DNA from: Thermoplasmata archaeon
Lineage (GTDB): Archaea; Thermoplasmatota; Thermoplasmata; Lutacidiplasmatales; UBA184
Reading direction: 5' to 3'
Length of the DNA: 64,000 bases
Assembly (NCBI GenBank): GCA_052326445.1
Contig: JBKQNC010000017.1
Location: forward strand, 129,227 to 193,226
The notes beneath the pieces are model-generated. The model made no database searches. It was not told where the DNA came from and saw only the letters and a program-made list of their open reading frames with translations. Below are positions 8,143 to 16,629 of the stretch, in pieces (within the stretch, counting starts at the first letter, position 1; the number at the start of each line of letters is the position of its first letter). A program made the translations under genes and the position numbers.

Positions 8143-9897
8143 TCAAGGGAGGGGACCGCCGTTCTCGCCGGTTTCCGGAGGCGGGACCTCTTCGGGTAGG
8201 GTCGGGATCTCAGGGAACTCCCGCGTCCCGGTGAAGGGCTCCGGAAGTTCGGTGGACCGGAGACCGGGCGCCCGAGCGAGGTCCACGGGGGCCAGACCGG
8301 GGGTGCTCGTCCGCCAGGTGATCCGGGCGGCTCCGTCGAGCACCCGACGTGGGATGTTGAGCGAGCCGCCGATCCGGTGGACGTCCTCTTTCGTCAGTTC
8401 CCCGATCCCGGCGAGGATGAAGAAGTAGACCGTGAAACCGATGAAGACCGCGGAGAGGAGTTGGTACCACGTGCTCACCGGGAAGAGGTGGTAGTGGTTC
8501 AGGAGGTAGAGGACGGAGAAGGCGCCCGCGGCGCTCGCAGTGATCCCGGCGATCGAGGGCGGATGGATGTGGACCCGGATCAACGTCTCCATGAAGTATG
8601 TGTTCAAGGCGAGCGCGGCGAACGAAGAGGCGAGGATCGCGACCGACCCGGCGACGATCCCGGGGTGGATCTGGAACGGCCCCCAAGGGGGCATCAAGAG
8701 GGCGATCCCGGCGAGGAGTACCAGGATCTGGGTGCTCGTAATGTACAGCTCGAGCCGCTGCCGGCCGATCGCGTTGATGCTCGACTGCATGATCTGGCTC
8801 AGCGCGAGCGGCAGGGCGCCGATGACCAGGATGGCGAGCGCGATCGACCCTTGACCGGCATACGAGGAGTTCGCAAACACGTTGAGGAAGTTGTATCGGT
8901 ACACGACCAGGCCGACGACGCCGGGTACGAGGAGCATCGCGGAGTACCGCAGCGCCTGCCACGTTCCCGTACGGATGGATTCGTATCGTTGCTGCCGATG
9001 CAACCCGGCGAGGTATGGGAACAAGGGGGTGACGACGGCCCCCGGCAGAGATAGCACGAGGACCCGCCAGCCGTTGGCCGCAAGGAACACTGAGAACGCG
9101 CCGGCGCTCACGCCGATCTTGATCAGGAGCGGGACCGTGTTGGTGACGAGGTAGTTCAGCATCAGGCTCGCCATCAAGGGCCAGGCGAACCGGAATAGGC
9201 GGAGCCCTTCGCCCACCCGGAACGCGCGTAACCGGGGCAAGATGGACGGGAGGCTGAAGACCGCCGAGGCCGCAGCTCCCACTACGTAGGCGATCGTGAT
9301 CCCGAGGATCGTCGGGTCGTAGAACGCGACGTAGTAGAGCACGGGAAGTCGTACGGACGCTTCGACGAGGGAGGGATACTGGGCCTTGAGCGAATTCCCC
9401 TCACCGATGAACATCTGATTGTAGACCGTGGAGAGCGACCAGAGGATCGGGAGCGAAACGAACAACCCGAACGCCGTGAGCTCGGTCCCGGTCGAGGCAA
9501 GCTGGCCCCCGCCGATCGTGATCGGGGCGATGATGAACAGGAGGAGACCGACGGACCCGACCATAGCGGTACGGACCAGGAGGTACGTCGTCGTGTTGTC
9601 GGTCGCCGGCTTTCCCCGAGCGAGGAAGTAGGTGTACGCGGTCCCCAACCGCAGGTCGCCGACCCCGTTGATGGAGGACCCGATCAGGAGGAAGAATTGC
9701 GCCGTCCCGAGAAGCGCCTGGCCCGCACCCGGCGTTCCGATGTGCTTGTAGAGCAGCAGGCTGCCCGCGAAGCCGATCAGCTGGACGAGCAGCCCGGCCC
9801 CGAAGACCGCGCCCGAACTGAGGGTGAGCGAGAACGCCTGTTTCGGGACCACGACGGGGGGTGCGGTCGCACCCGTCACCGGTCCAGAAGCCACCAC
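8143..9897 (-). CDS. MOP-superfamily polysaccharide flippase (Wzx-like) with a C-terminal soluble extension
   Basis: About 12-14 TM helices with Wzx-like topology. Last ~80 aa are P/E-rich. GTG start. Confidence 0.7.
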   Translation of the reverse strand: MVASGPVTGATAPPVVVPKQAFSLTLSSGAVFGAGLLVQLIGFAGSLLLYKHIGTPGAGQALLGTAQFFLLIGSSINGVGDLRLGTAYTYFLARGKPATDNTTTYLLVRTAMVGSVGLLLFIIAPITIGGGQLASTGTELTAFGLFVSLPILWSLSTVYNQMFIGEGNSLKAQYPSLVEASVRLPVLYYVAFYDPTILGITIAYVVGAAASAVFSLPSILPRLRAFRVGEGLRLFRFAWPLMASLMLNYLVTNTVPLLIKIGVSAGAFSVFLAANGWRVLVLSLPGAVVTPLFPYLAGLHRQQRYESIRTGTWQALRYSAMLLVPGVVGLVVYRYNFLNVFANSSYAGQGSIALAILVIGALPLALSQIMQSSINAIGRQRLELYITSTQILVLLAGIALLMPPWGPFQIHPGIVAGSVAILASSFAALALNTYFMETLIRVHIHPPSIAGITASAAGAFSVLYLLNHYHLFPVSTWYQLLSAVFIGFTVYFFILAGIGELTKEDVHRIGGSLNIPRRVLDGAARITWRTSTPGLAPVDLARAPGLRSTELPEPFTGTREFPEIPTLPEEVPPPETGENGGPLP

Positions 9898-10206
9898 GCG
9901 GAGACCCTCCTCCGAATGACGGGCCCCCCCTCTTATCCCCGCTGGTCCACCCAGCCCGGGGTCTTTCCCTGCCCCGGGTCCTCAGACGCGGGGACTTGGG
10001 GGAGCGTCGAAGGACTCGGACGACGCTCCGTCCAGCGGGTGGAGAAGGGAGGGGACCAGGGGACACCCATCCTTTCCCGAGGCACTCGATTCCACTCCGC
10101 GGAGCACGAACGGGTCTGTCAGGGTCGAGTCCGGCGCAGAGCACCCGGACCCCCAGGGGAGGAATCTCGCCGCGAGGGGGCGGAGACCGTTCGATCGACT
10201 TATTAA

Positions 10207-10818
10207 ATGAGTGTCGTCTCAGTTAAAACGACGGTTTCTGTGGCTCGACCGAAAAGCGAAGATAAACGCAACGCCATTCTGGGGGCTGCGACCCGGGTCT
10301 TCGCAAAGGATGGGCTGGGGGCCCCGACGTCGGCCATCTCCCAAGCGGCGGGGGTGGCGGAGGGCACCTTGTTTACCTACTTTCCCACCAAGGACGACCT
10401 GGTCAATGGCGTCTACCAGGACATCAAGGCCGAACTCTCGAGCGCGGTGTTCTCGTCGTATCCGAGGAAGAAAGGTGTCCGGGTCCGCCTCCGACACGTG
10501 TGGACCCGCTACGTGGATTGGGGGGCCACGCACCCCGAGGCCCACCAGGTCCTCAAGGAGATCGAGCTGTGGGGGGGCCTGACGGGGGAGTCGAAGGCGA
10601 AGGACTCGGCGAGCCGGGCCGAATTGACGGCCTTGGCTCGGGCGTTACGCGAGCAGCGCCTCGTGCGAAAGGACCTGTCGGACGAGTATATCGGAATAGT
10701 CGTCAACGCAGTACAGGAAATGACCATCTCCTTGATGATCCGAGACCCGACCCACGCGGCGCGCTACCGGACGAATGGCTTCGAGGTACTCTGGGCCGGC
10801 CTGGCACGTCAACCCTGA
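10207..10818 (+). CDS. TetR/AcrR family transcriptional regulator
   Basis: N-terminal TetR HTH (RNAILGAATRVFAKDGLGAPTSAISQAAGVAEGTLFTYF). ~200 aa. Local GC is lower (~57-63%) than the surroundings. Confidence 0.85.
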   Translation: MSVVSVKTTVSVARPKSEDKRNAILGAATRVFAKDGLGAPTSAISQAAGVAEGTLFTYFPTKDDLVNGVYQDIKAELSSAVFSSYPRKKGVRVRLRHVWTRYVDWGATHPEAHQVLKEIELWGGLTGESKAKDSASRAELTALARALREQRLVRKDLSDEYIGIVVNAVQEMTISLMIRDPTHAARYRTNGFEVLWAGLARQP

Positions 10819-10831
10819 ACCCCGACATAAA

Positions 10832-10849
10832 TGAGTGAGTAAACACTCA
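10832..10849. promoter_or_regulatory. perfect inverted repeat TGAGTG-N6-CACTCA; candidate TetR operator between tetR and the SDR gene
   Basis: Read directly: tgagtgagtaaacactca. Sits 28 nt upstream of the SDR ATG (10877). A related TAAATGAGTG half-site overlaps the tetR start at 10203-10213. Confidence 0.45.
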
Positions 10850-10876
10850 AATACTCCTGATCCCTTGGGGGGAATC

Positions 10877-11839
10877 ATGCCGACATGGAGCGAGGCAGAC
10901 ATCCCCTCTCAGAAGGGCCGATTGGCGATCGTGACCGGTGGCAACAGCGGACTCGGATGGTGTGCCACCCTGGGACTTGCGCGCGCCGGGGCCGACGTGG
11001 TCGTAGCTACCCGCTCCGCGGAACGGGCGCGGGAGGCGATGGAGCGGATTCGTTCCGTCGTGCCCGACGCCTCCCTGCGGCTCGAGGCTCTCGACCTCGC
11101 CAGCCTCCCATCGGTCCGCGCCTTTGCGGACCGAGTGGGTCGACTCCCGAAGGTCGACCTCTTGGTGAACAACGCGGGCGTCATGTTCGTCCCACAGCGG
11201 CAGCTTACCGAGGATGGGTTCGAACGCCAGTTCGGTACCAATTATCTCGGCCCGTTCGCGTTGACCTTGGGGCTGATGCCCGCTCTCCTTCGATCGCCTT
11301 CTCCGAGGGTGACGACGGTGTCGAGCGCCTCGGCCAACGGTGGAAAGAAGCGGATCATGTTTGAGGATCTCCAATGGGATCGTTCGTACGCTCACTATGC
11401 GGCCTACTGCCAATCGAAGCTCGCCGACCTCATGTTTGCGCTGGAGCTCGCCCGGCGTTCGGAGGCCGCAGGGCTCCCGTTGATCAGCACTGCCTGCCAC
11501 CCCGGAGTGGCCCGAACCAACCTTCAGTCGAGTGGCCGAGGTGGCCCGCCCAGTGTCGGATTCCGGCTGATCCTGCACTTCATGGCCCAAGACGCCGCCT
11601 TGGGGGCCCGGTCCATCCTGCGAGCGGCCACCGACCCGACGGCGACCTCGGGAAGCTACTACGGGCCCGAACGCGGGATGAAGGGCGACCCAGTACCTTG
11701 CCCCGTCTACGCCCCGGCTTTAGACCTCAAGGCGAGCGCGCAACTTTGGGAAACCTCGGAACGGCTCACGGGGGCACGCTGGGAGTTCGTTTCAGCCTCC
11801 CTCCACTGGGCGACCGCGCGGCCAACGGCCACCGCGTAG
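10877..11839 (+). CDS. short-chain dehydrogenase/reductase (SDR) family oxidoreductase
   Basis: TGGNSGLG Rossmann motif, NNAG, and the catalytic YxxxK (YAAYCQSK). The track ORF starts at GTG 10835; ATG 10877 is preferred. Confidence 0.8.
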   Translation: MPTWSEADIPSQKGRLAIVTGGNSGLGWCATLGLARAGADVVVATRSAERAREAMERIRSVVPDASLRLEALDLASLPSVRAFADRVGRLPKVDLLVNNAGVMFVPQRQLTEDGFERQFGTNYLGPFALTLGLMPALLRSPSPRVTTVSSASANGGKKRIMFEDLQWDRSYAHYAAYCQSKLADLMFALELARRSEAAGLPLISTACHPGVARTNLQSSGRGGPPSVGFRLILHFMAQDAALGARSILRAATDPTATSGSYYGPERGMKGDPVPCPVYAPALDLKASAQLWETSERLTGARWEFVSASLHWATARPTATA

Positions 11840-11985
11840 GCCCACGACCTTGAAGTCGACCTTTGCCCCGGCCGACGGGAACCCGGCACTCTGCGACGGG
11901 TCCAAGACTTGGGGTTTCCCCTGCGATCCGTCGGGTGGCCCGGGACCTCTCGCCGTAGGGGAGAGAGACTCGCTCGCTAGGTCCA

Positions 11986-12148
11986 TGGGAGCAGGGGGAT
12001 TTGAACCCCCATATGCGGGTCTCTCCGCGCGCTCCAGTCAATCGTCACGGGGGCGGGGACCGCCCCTCCGCAGACCCATTGTATCACAGGGGGCTCGAAA
12101 GCCACCCTGACTGGAGCCCGCTGGTCTACCAAGTTAGCCTATGCTCCC
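11986..12148 (-). tRNA. tRNA-Trp (anticodon CCA) with a ~90-nt anticodon-loop intron
   Basis: On the minus strand the acceptor stem is GGGAGCA/UGCUCCC with discriminator A, and CCA is not encoded. T-arm is GGGGG-UUCAAAU-CCCCC. Anticodon stem is GCGGG/CCCGC with loop CUCCAG|intron|A. The D-stem (GGCU/AGAC) has one G-A mismatch. Confidence 0.65.
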
Positions 12149-12233
12149 TCCGCCTTTTCCCAGTGGACGGGCAAGATATCCTTTGCTGAGGGGCGCCGCC
12201 GCCACCCTCGCGCGCCGTCCCCGTTCGGGAACC

Positions 12234-12241
12234 TTTATGTT
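12234..12241 (+). promoter_or_regulatory. TATA-like box (TTTATGTT) ~27 nt upstream of the ATG of the ABC substrate-binding protein gene
   Basis: AT-rich element in otherwise GC-rich DNA. Spacing fits an archaeal leaderless promoter. Confidence 0.35.
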
Positions 12242-12264
12242 CAATCGCATTTGCCTGGAGTATA

Positions 12265-13305
12265 ATGTCATTGAATTCTACCCCGGACGGTCCACGGTCC
12301 GTCACCGGAACCCTGGTGGTGGTCGCGATCCTGTTGGCCGCGGGGGTCGCGGTGATCGCGACGGCGGCGTACTACGGGGCCCGCGGAACGACCACCGTGG
12401 GCACCGTCACCGTCGTGGACGACCTCGGTCGGACCGTCACGGCCCCGGCCGATGCGAGCCGCATCGTCGTGCTCGCGCCCAGCGTGATGGACATCGTCTA
12501 TCGCCTGGGGCTGCGCGACCGGGTCGTCGGCATCGGGTGCACCCCACAGCTGTACGGAGGGATGTTGGACGAGTATTCCCCGAACCAGACCACGGCGTGG
12601 AACCTGACGAGCTCGATGTGCGTGACCGACTTCCCGACCTTGAACACCGAGGAGGTCGCGACCCTCGCTCCGGAGCTGGTCCTCGCGTCGACGCTCACGT
12701 CCGCCACGGATGTGGCCACCCTGACCACTACCTACGACCTCCCCGTCATCCTCCTCGCCCCGTCCACCCTGGACGGGGTCGTGGGGGACGTGAACCTCGT
12801 CGCCGAGCTCTTCCCGAGCGCACGGTCGACCGCCAATGCGCTGGATGCGACCCTCGCAGGGAACCTGGCGAACGCGACCGCGTTCGACAACCTCCTCTCG
12901 GACAACGGAACCCGGATCCCCTCGGTCCTTCTGACGTACTACTTTGACGGAGGAGGGTACTACACCTACGGTCCGGGGACGTTCGGACAATCGCTCGTGG
13001 ACCTCGCCGATGGCTCGAGCGTCTCCGCCGGCGTTCCCCTCGAGTACGCCGAGATCAATGCGACCGTCGTGCTCGCGGACCAGCCCAATGTCGTGATCTA
13101 CGGCACCAGCTGGAACGACCCCTTCCTCGTGTCGAACGAGACACCGTCCGTCTGGTCGAGCGCTCCCTACTGGGGGCAGCTGAATAGTTCGAAGATCCCG
13201 ATCGACGTGACCCTGCTCACCGAGGCCGACCCTTCGATGCTGCTCGAGCTCCCCTGGTTCCTTTACTGGCTGCACCCGAGCCTCGCCCCCATGCCGTCGG
13301 ACTGA
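12265..13305 (+). CDS. ABC transporter substrate-binding protein (iron-siderophore/cobalamin type), membrane-anchored with many N-glycosylation sequons
   Basis: N-terminal TM anchor and a class III periplasmic-binding-protein-like architecture. At least 8 N-x-S/T sequons. First gene of the SBP-permease-ATPase operon. Confidence 0.75.
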   Translation: MSLNSTPDGPRSVTGTLVVVAILLAAGVAVIATAAYYGARGTTTVGTVTVVDDLGRTVTAPADASRIVVLAPSVMDIVYRLGLRDRVVGIGCTPQLYGGMLDEYSPNQTTAWNLTSSMCVTDFPTLNTEEVATLAPELVLASTLTSATDVATLTTTYDLPVILLAPSTLDGVVGDVNLVAELFPSARSTANALDATLAGNLANATAFDNLLSDNGTRIPSVLLTYYFDGGGYYTYGPGTFGQSLVDLADGSSVSAGVPLEYAEINATVVLADQPNVVIYGTSWNDPFLVSNETPSVWSSAPYWGQLNSSKIPIDVTLLTEADPSMLLELPWFLYWLHPSLAPMPSD

Positions 13306-13323
13306 GCCCGTCGTCAGGAACGC

Positions 13324-14454
13324 ATGGTGGCGACCCTCCCGGCCGTGGACGGGGGGCCTCCCCTCCTTTCCCCCCGCCGCGGCCGCCGATGGCTGGTGCT
13401 GGGGATCCTCCTCGTCGGTCTCGCACTGCTCGTCGTCTTCTCCACGATCGTCGGCCCCTTGACCGGCTCCTTGGTGATCCCCTGGCCGACGGTGCTCTGG
13501 ATCGTGGGGTACCACCTGACGGGCGGTCTCCTCCCGTCGGCCCCATGTCCCCCCTCGCTGAGCGGAATGACGTGCACCATTCAGACCGAGATCGTCTGGG
13601 GCGCCCGCTTCCCTCCCCTCCTCCTGGCGGTGCTGGTCGGAGCCGCGCTGGGCATCTCGGGCGGCGCGCTCCAGGGAGTGTTCCGAAACCCGTTGGTCGA
13701 CCCGTACCTCCTCGGTCTGTCGACCGGGGCCGCCGTGGGCGCGTCCATCCTCTTCACATTCAACCTCGCTCCGGCGGAACAGGCGACGGTCCTGCCCGTC
13801 CTCGCATTCGTGGGTGGCCTCGTCCCGGGCACGGTGGTCTACCTCGCCGCCGGCGGCCGCGCGCGGTCGGTCGAGACGTTGCTCCTCACCGGGGTGGCGC
13901 TCAACTTCCTGTTCTCCGCGGTGCTGGATGCCCTCCTCCTCTACAACCCCTCGAGTGGCGTGCAGGTCAACTTCTGGTTGCTCGGGGGGCTGAGCGATGC
14001 GACGTGGAGCCGTGACGCGATCGTCTTCGGTGTCCTCCTGATCGCCGGGACGCTGATCGCCCTCCACGGACGCTCCCTGAACGTGCTGCAACTCGGGCGC
14101 GAGGTCGCGGAAAGCGTGGGCGTGGACGCGCGCCGCACGACCCGACGGGTCATTCTCCTCTCCACGCTACTCACCGCGGTCGCGGTCGCGTTCACGGGGG
14201 TGATCGGGTTTGTCGGCTTGGTCTCCCCCCACGTCGTTCGACGCTTGGTCGGTCCCGACTACCGCGTCGTACTGCCCATCTCGGGCCTCTTCGGCGCCGG
14301 CTTCCTCGTCCTGGCGTGGGACCTCGCCCAGTCGGTCGTCCCGTCGGTGGTGATCCCCGTCGGGATCCCGACGGCGTTCGCCGGAGCCCCGTTCTTTCTC
14401 TACCTGCTCTACCGCCGGCAGGGCCTCGGCACTGGCGGGAGGCCCAACTCATGA
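13324..14454 (+). CDS. FecCD/BtuC-family ABC transporter permease
   Basis: About 10 TM helices with FecCD signatures (LLGLSTGAAVGASILF, GVIGFVGLVSPH). Confidence 0.85.
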   Translation: MVATLPAVDGGPPLLSPRRGRRWLVLGILLVGLALLVVFSTIVGPLTGSLVIPWPTVLWIVGYHLTGGLLPSAPCPPSLSGMTCTIQTEIVWGARFPPLLLAVLVGAALGISGGALQGVFRNPLVDPYLLGLSTGAAVGASILFTFNLAPAEQATVLPVLAFVGGLVPGTVVYLAAGGRARSVETLLLTGVALNFLFSAVLDALLLYNPSSGVQVNFWLLGGLSDATWSRDAIVFGVLLIAGTLIALHGRSLNVLQLGREVAESVGVDARRTTRRVILLSTLLTAVAVAFTGVIGFVGLVSPHVVRRLVGPDYRVVLPISGLFGAGFLVLAWDLAQSVVPSVVIPVGIPTAFAGAPFFLYLLYRRQGLGTGGRPNS

Positions 14455-15773
14455 GTGGGGACTTCGCCCCACCTCTGCGCGTCGAGGCCGCCTCGGTCCG
14501 ATACCGCGACCAGGTCGCGGTCCGGTCGGTCAGCCTGTCGGTTCCCCGGGGCGAAGTGCTCGCCCTGGCCGGGCCCAACGGGTCGGGCAAGTCCAGTCTT
14601 CTCCGGGCCATCGCGGGTCTCGAACCTCTTTCCGAGGGCACCGTGCATCTGCTCGGTCGATCGCTCGGCTCGCTTTCCCTCCGGGAACGGGCCCGTGTCG
14701 TGGCGTGGATGCCCCAGGAGGAGGCGGCCGGCGACAACGTCCCCCTCGTCGACTACGTCCGCTACGGTCGCTTTGCCCACATTCCCCCGCTCGCTCCCGA
14801 ACGGGCCGCGGACGTCCGGGCGGTCGCCGCGGCGCTCGCGGATGCCGACGTGACCGAGTTTGCGCGTCGCGGGGTCCAGGAGCTGAGCGGAGGCGAACGG
14901 CAGCGAGCCCGGCTGGCGCGCGTACTGGCCCAGGAGACCCCTATCCTCCTTCTGGACGAAGCCACGGCGCACCTGGACGTCGGCCACCAGCTCGACCTCC
15001 TCGTTCGCATCCGACGGATCGCCCGTCGTGACGGGCGCGCGGTCATCCTGGCGCTGCACGACCTCAACCTCGCGGCCCGGTTCGCGGACCGCGTCGCCGT
15101 GCTCTCGCACGGACAGCTCGTCGCGGAAGGTGCGCCGGCCGCGATCCTGTCCCCCGAACTCCTGGCGCGGGTCTGGGGCGTCGTCGCCGAGGTGCGCCGC
15201 GACGCGGCCACCGGGCTTCCCTACCTCATTCCCCAGCTCCCGTTGGGCCCGGACCCGGTCTCGGTCCGGCCGGCCCGACGCGTGCGGGTGCATGTCGTCG
15301 CCGGGGGCGGAACAGGAGTACCCTTCTTGCGCCGGCTGGTGGAGGAAGGCTACGAGGTCTCGGCCGGCGCGCTCCCCCTGTTCGACTCGGACACCGAGGC
15401 GGCCGAGGCGCTCGGCGTCCCGGTGGCGGTCGAGATCCCCTTCGCCCCGCTCGGTGCGGAAGCCCGCGCCCGGAACCGGCTCTTGCTGGCGACCGCGAAG
15501 GCCATCGTGGTCGCGCCGTTCCCTGTCGGGCCCTCCAACCTCGCCAACCTCGAGGACCTCGGTGAGTTTTCGGCCCGGGTCCCCATCTTCCTGGTCGATC
15601 CCCCGAAGGGTACCTCCCTCGAGTTTGCAGACGGGAGGGCGACCGAGGTCCGAGCGCAGCTCCTGCGCGAGGGGGCGGTGCCGGTGGCCGACGTCCCGTC
15701 GCTACTTGCGGCGCTGGCGGCGCGCCTGGGGTCGCCGAGGGGCCCGGCGGCCAACTCCCCGTCGCAGTGGTAG
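14451..15773 (+). CDS. iron/cobalamin-type ABC transporter ATP-binding protein with a ~200-aa C-terminal extension
   Basis: ATGA overlap with the permease. Walker A GPNGSGKSS, signature LSGGERQR, Walker B LLLDEATAHLD. Extra C-terminal domain (VHVVAGGGTGVPFLRRLVEEGYEV...) has no family assigned. Confidence 0.8.
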   Translation: MSGDFAPPLRVEAASVRYRDQVAVRSVSLSVPRGEVLALAGPNGSGKSSLLRAIAGLEPLSEGTVHLLGRSLGSLSLRERARVVAWMPQEEAAGDNVPLVDYVRYGRFAHIPPLAPERAADVRAVAAALADADVTEFARRGVQELSGGERQRARLARVLAQETPILLLDEATAHLDVGHQLDLLVRIRRIARRDGRAVILALHDLNLAARFADRVAVLSHGQLVAEGAPAAILSPELLARVWGVVAEVRRDAATGLPYLIPQLPLGPDPVSVRPARRVRVHVVAGGGTGVPFLRRLVEEGYEVSAGALPLFDSDTEAAEALGVPVAVEIPFAPLGAEARARNRLLLATAKAIVVAPFPVGPSNLANLEDLGEFSARVPIFLVDPPKGTSLEFADGRATEVRAQLLREGAVPVADVPSLLAALAARLGSPRGPAANSPSQW

Positions 15774-16508
15774 AAACTCGAGACTCGGGGTCTCGGGCCG
15801 GTCGAACTGCACGAAGAGCCGCGGCAGGTCCCGGTCCGTCACGACGACGGTCCCATCGACCCCTAGCTCGGTCGCCTCCGCCAGCGCGGACGCAACGCCG
15901 AACCGGACGAACGGCCGGGCGGGGACCGCCCGGACCAGCACGTGGAGCGCCCCGAGTCCGAACACGGCGAGGAGCCCCGGACGGGCGGCGTCGAGGGTGG
16001 CCCGTACTTCCCGGGGCAAGGCGCGGTCGGAGATGCGGTCGCTGGGGAGAGCGATGACCTGGAGGCGGCCGTGGGGGAGGGGTACGATCCCCTCCAGCTC
16101 TCCCACCTCGACCAGCTCCCCGGTCTCGGCGGCCCGGCTGGCCCGTCCCCGGGACCCCCCCGCCGACCCGGGCGTCGCCGTCAGCACCCCATCCCGGATC
16201 TCGAGTCGGACCACTTCGCCGGCCCCAATCGGGGCCGCGGCGACCGCGGGGGTCGTACGGACGATGTGGAGCCGGTCGAGACGCTCTGCGAGGTCGTCCC
16301 GGACGCTGCCGAGCGCCGAGTGCAGCCAGTCGACGCCCCGGACGGTCGGGCGGTATCTTCCCTCCCGGAGCTCGACCAAGCCGCGGCGGGCGAGGCTACG
16401 GAAGGTGTGGGAGGCGGCCTGGACCGAAAGGCCGAGTCGCTCGGCGATGCTCCGCAGCTGGCCGACCTCGCGGGTCTCGCACTCGTACAGGAACAATAGG
16501 TCGCTCAC
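15702..16508 (-). CDS. winged-helix transcriptional regulator (possibly FilR1/DUF1724-like) with an uncharacterised C-terminal domain
   Basis: A wHTH (LRSIAERLGLSVQAASHTFRSLARRGLVELREGRY) starts immediately at a GTG (16506-16508). Upstream of it the 427-aa track ORF is R/P/S low-complexity and is not believed to be coding. Confidence 0.5.
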   Translation of the reverse strand: MSDLLFLYECETREVGQLRSIAERLGLSVQAASHTFRSLARRGLVELREGRYRPTVRGVDWLHSALGSVRDDLAERLDRLHIVRTTPAVAAAPIGAGEVVRLEIRDGVLTATPGSAGGSRGRASRAAETGELVEVGELEGIVPLPHGRLQVIALPSDRISDRALPREVRATLDAARPGLLAVFGLGALHVLVRAVPARPFVRFGVASALAEATELGVDGTVVVTDRDLPRLFVQFDRPETPSLEFLPLRRGVGRRAPRRPQARRQRRK

Positions 16509-16629
16509 GGCGCCCGAGCGGCGGAGGGTGGAGAGGCCTCCCCAGCGGAGCGATTTCGACGGTCGTCGTGGAGGCACGATTCCGGGACACCGGCGCGGGT
16601 ACAATACGCCGAGGACCCGGGCGCTCGGG

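Noticed and set aside
9898-10206. RNase P RNA or SRP RNA in the 300-nt non-coding stretch
   Set aside because: A GGGAAAGACCCCGGGCUGGG string resembles the RNase P P4 region, but it lies on the minus strand at the wrong end, so the RNA would run into the flippase CDS. No SRP helix-8 motifs were found. Kept only as a generic ncRNA candidate.
12268-14091. 607-aa minus-strand ORF antisense to the SBP and permease genes
   Set aside because: Low-complexity R/G/E/D-rich product opposite clearly coding, motif-bearing genes.
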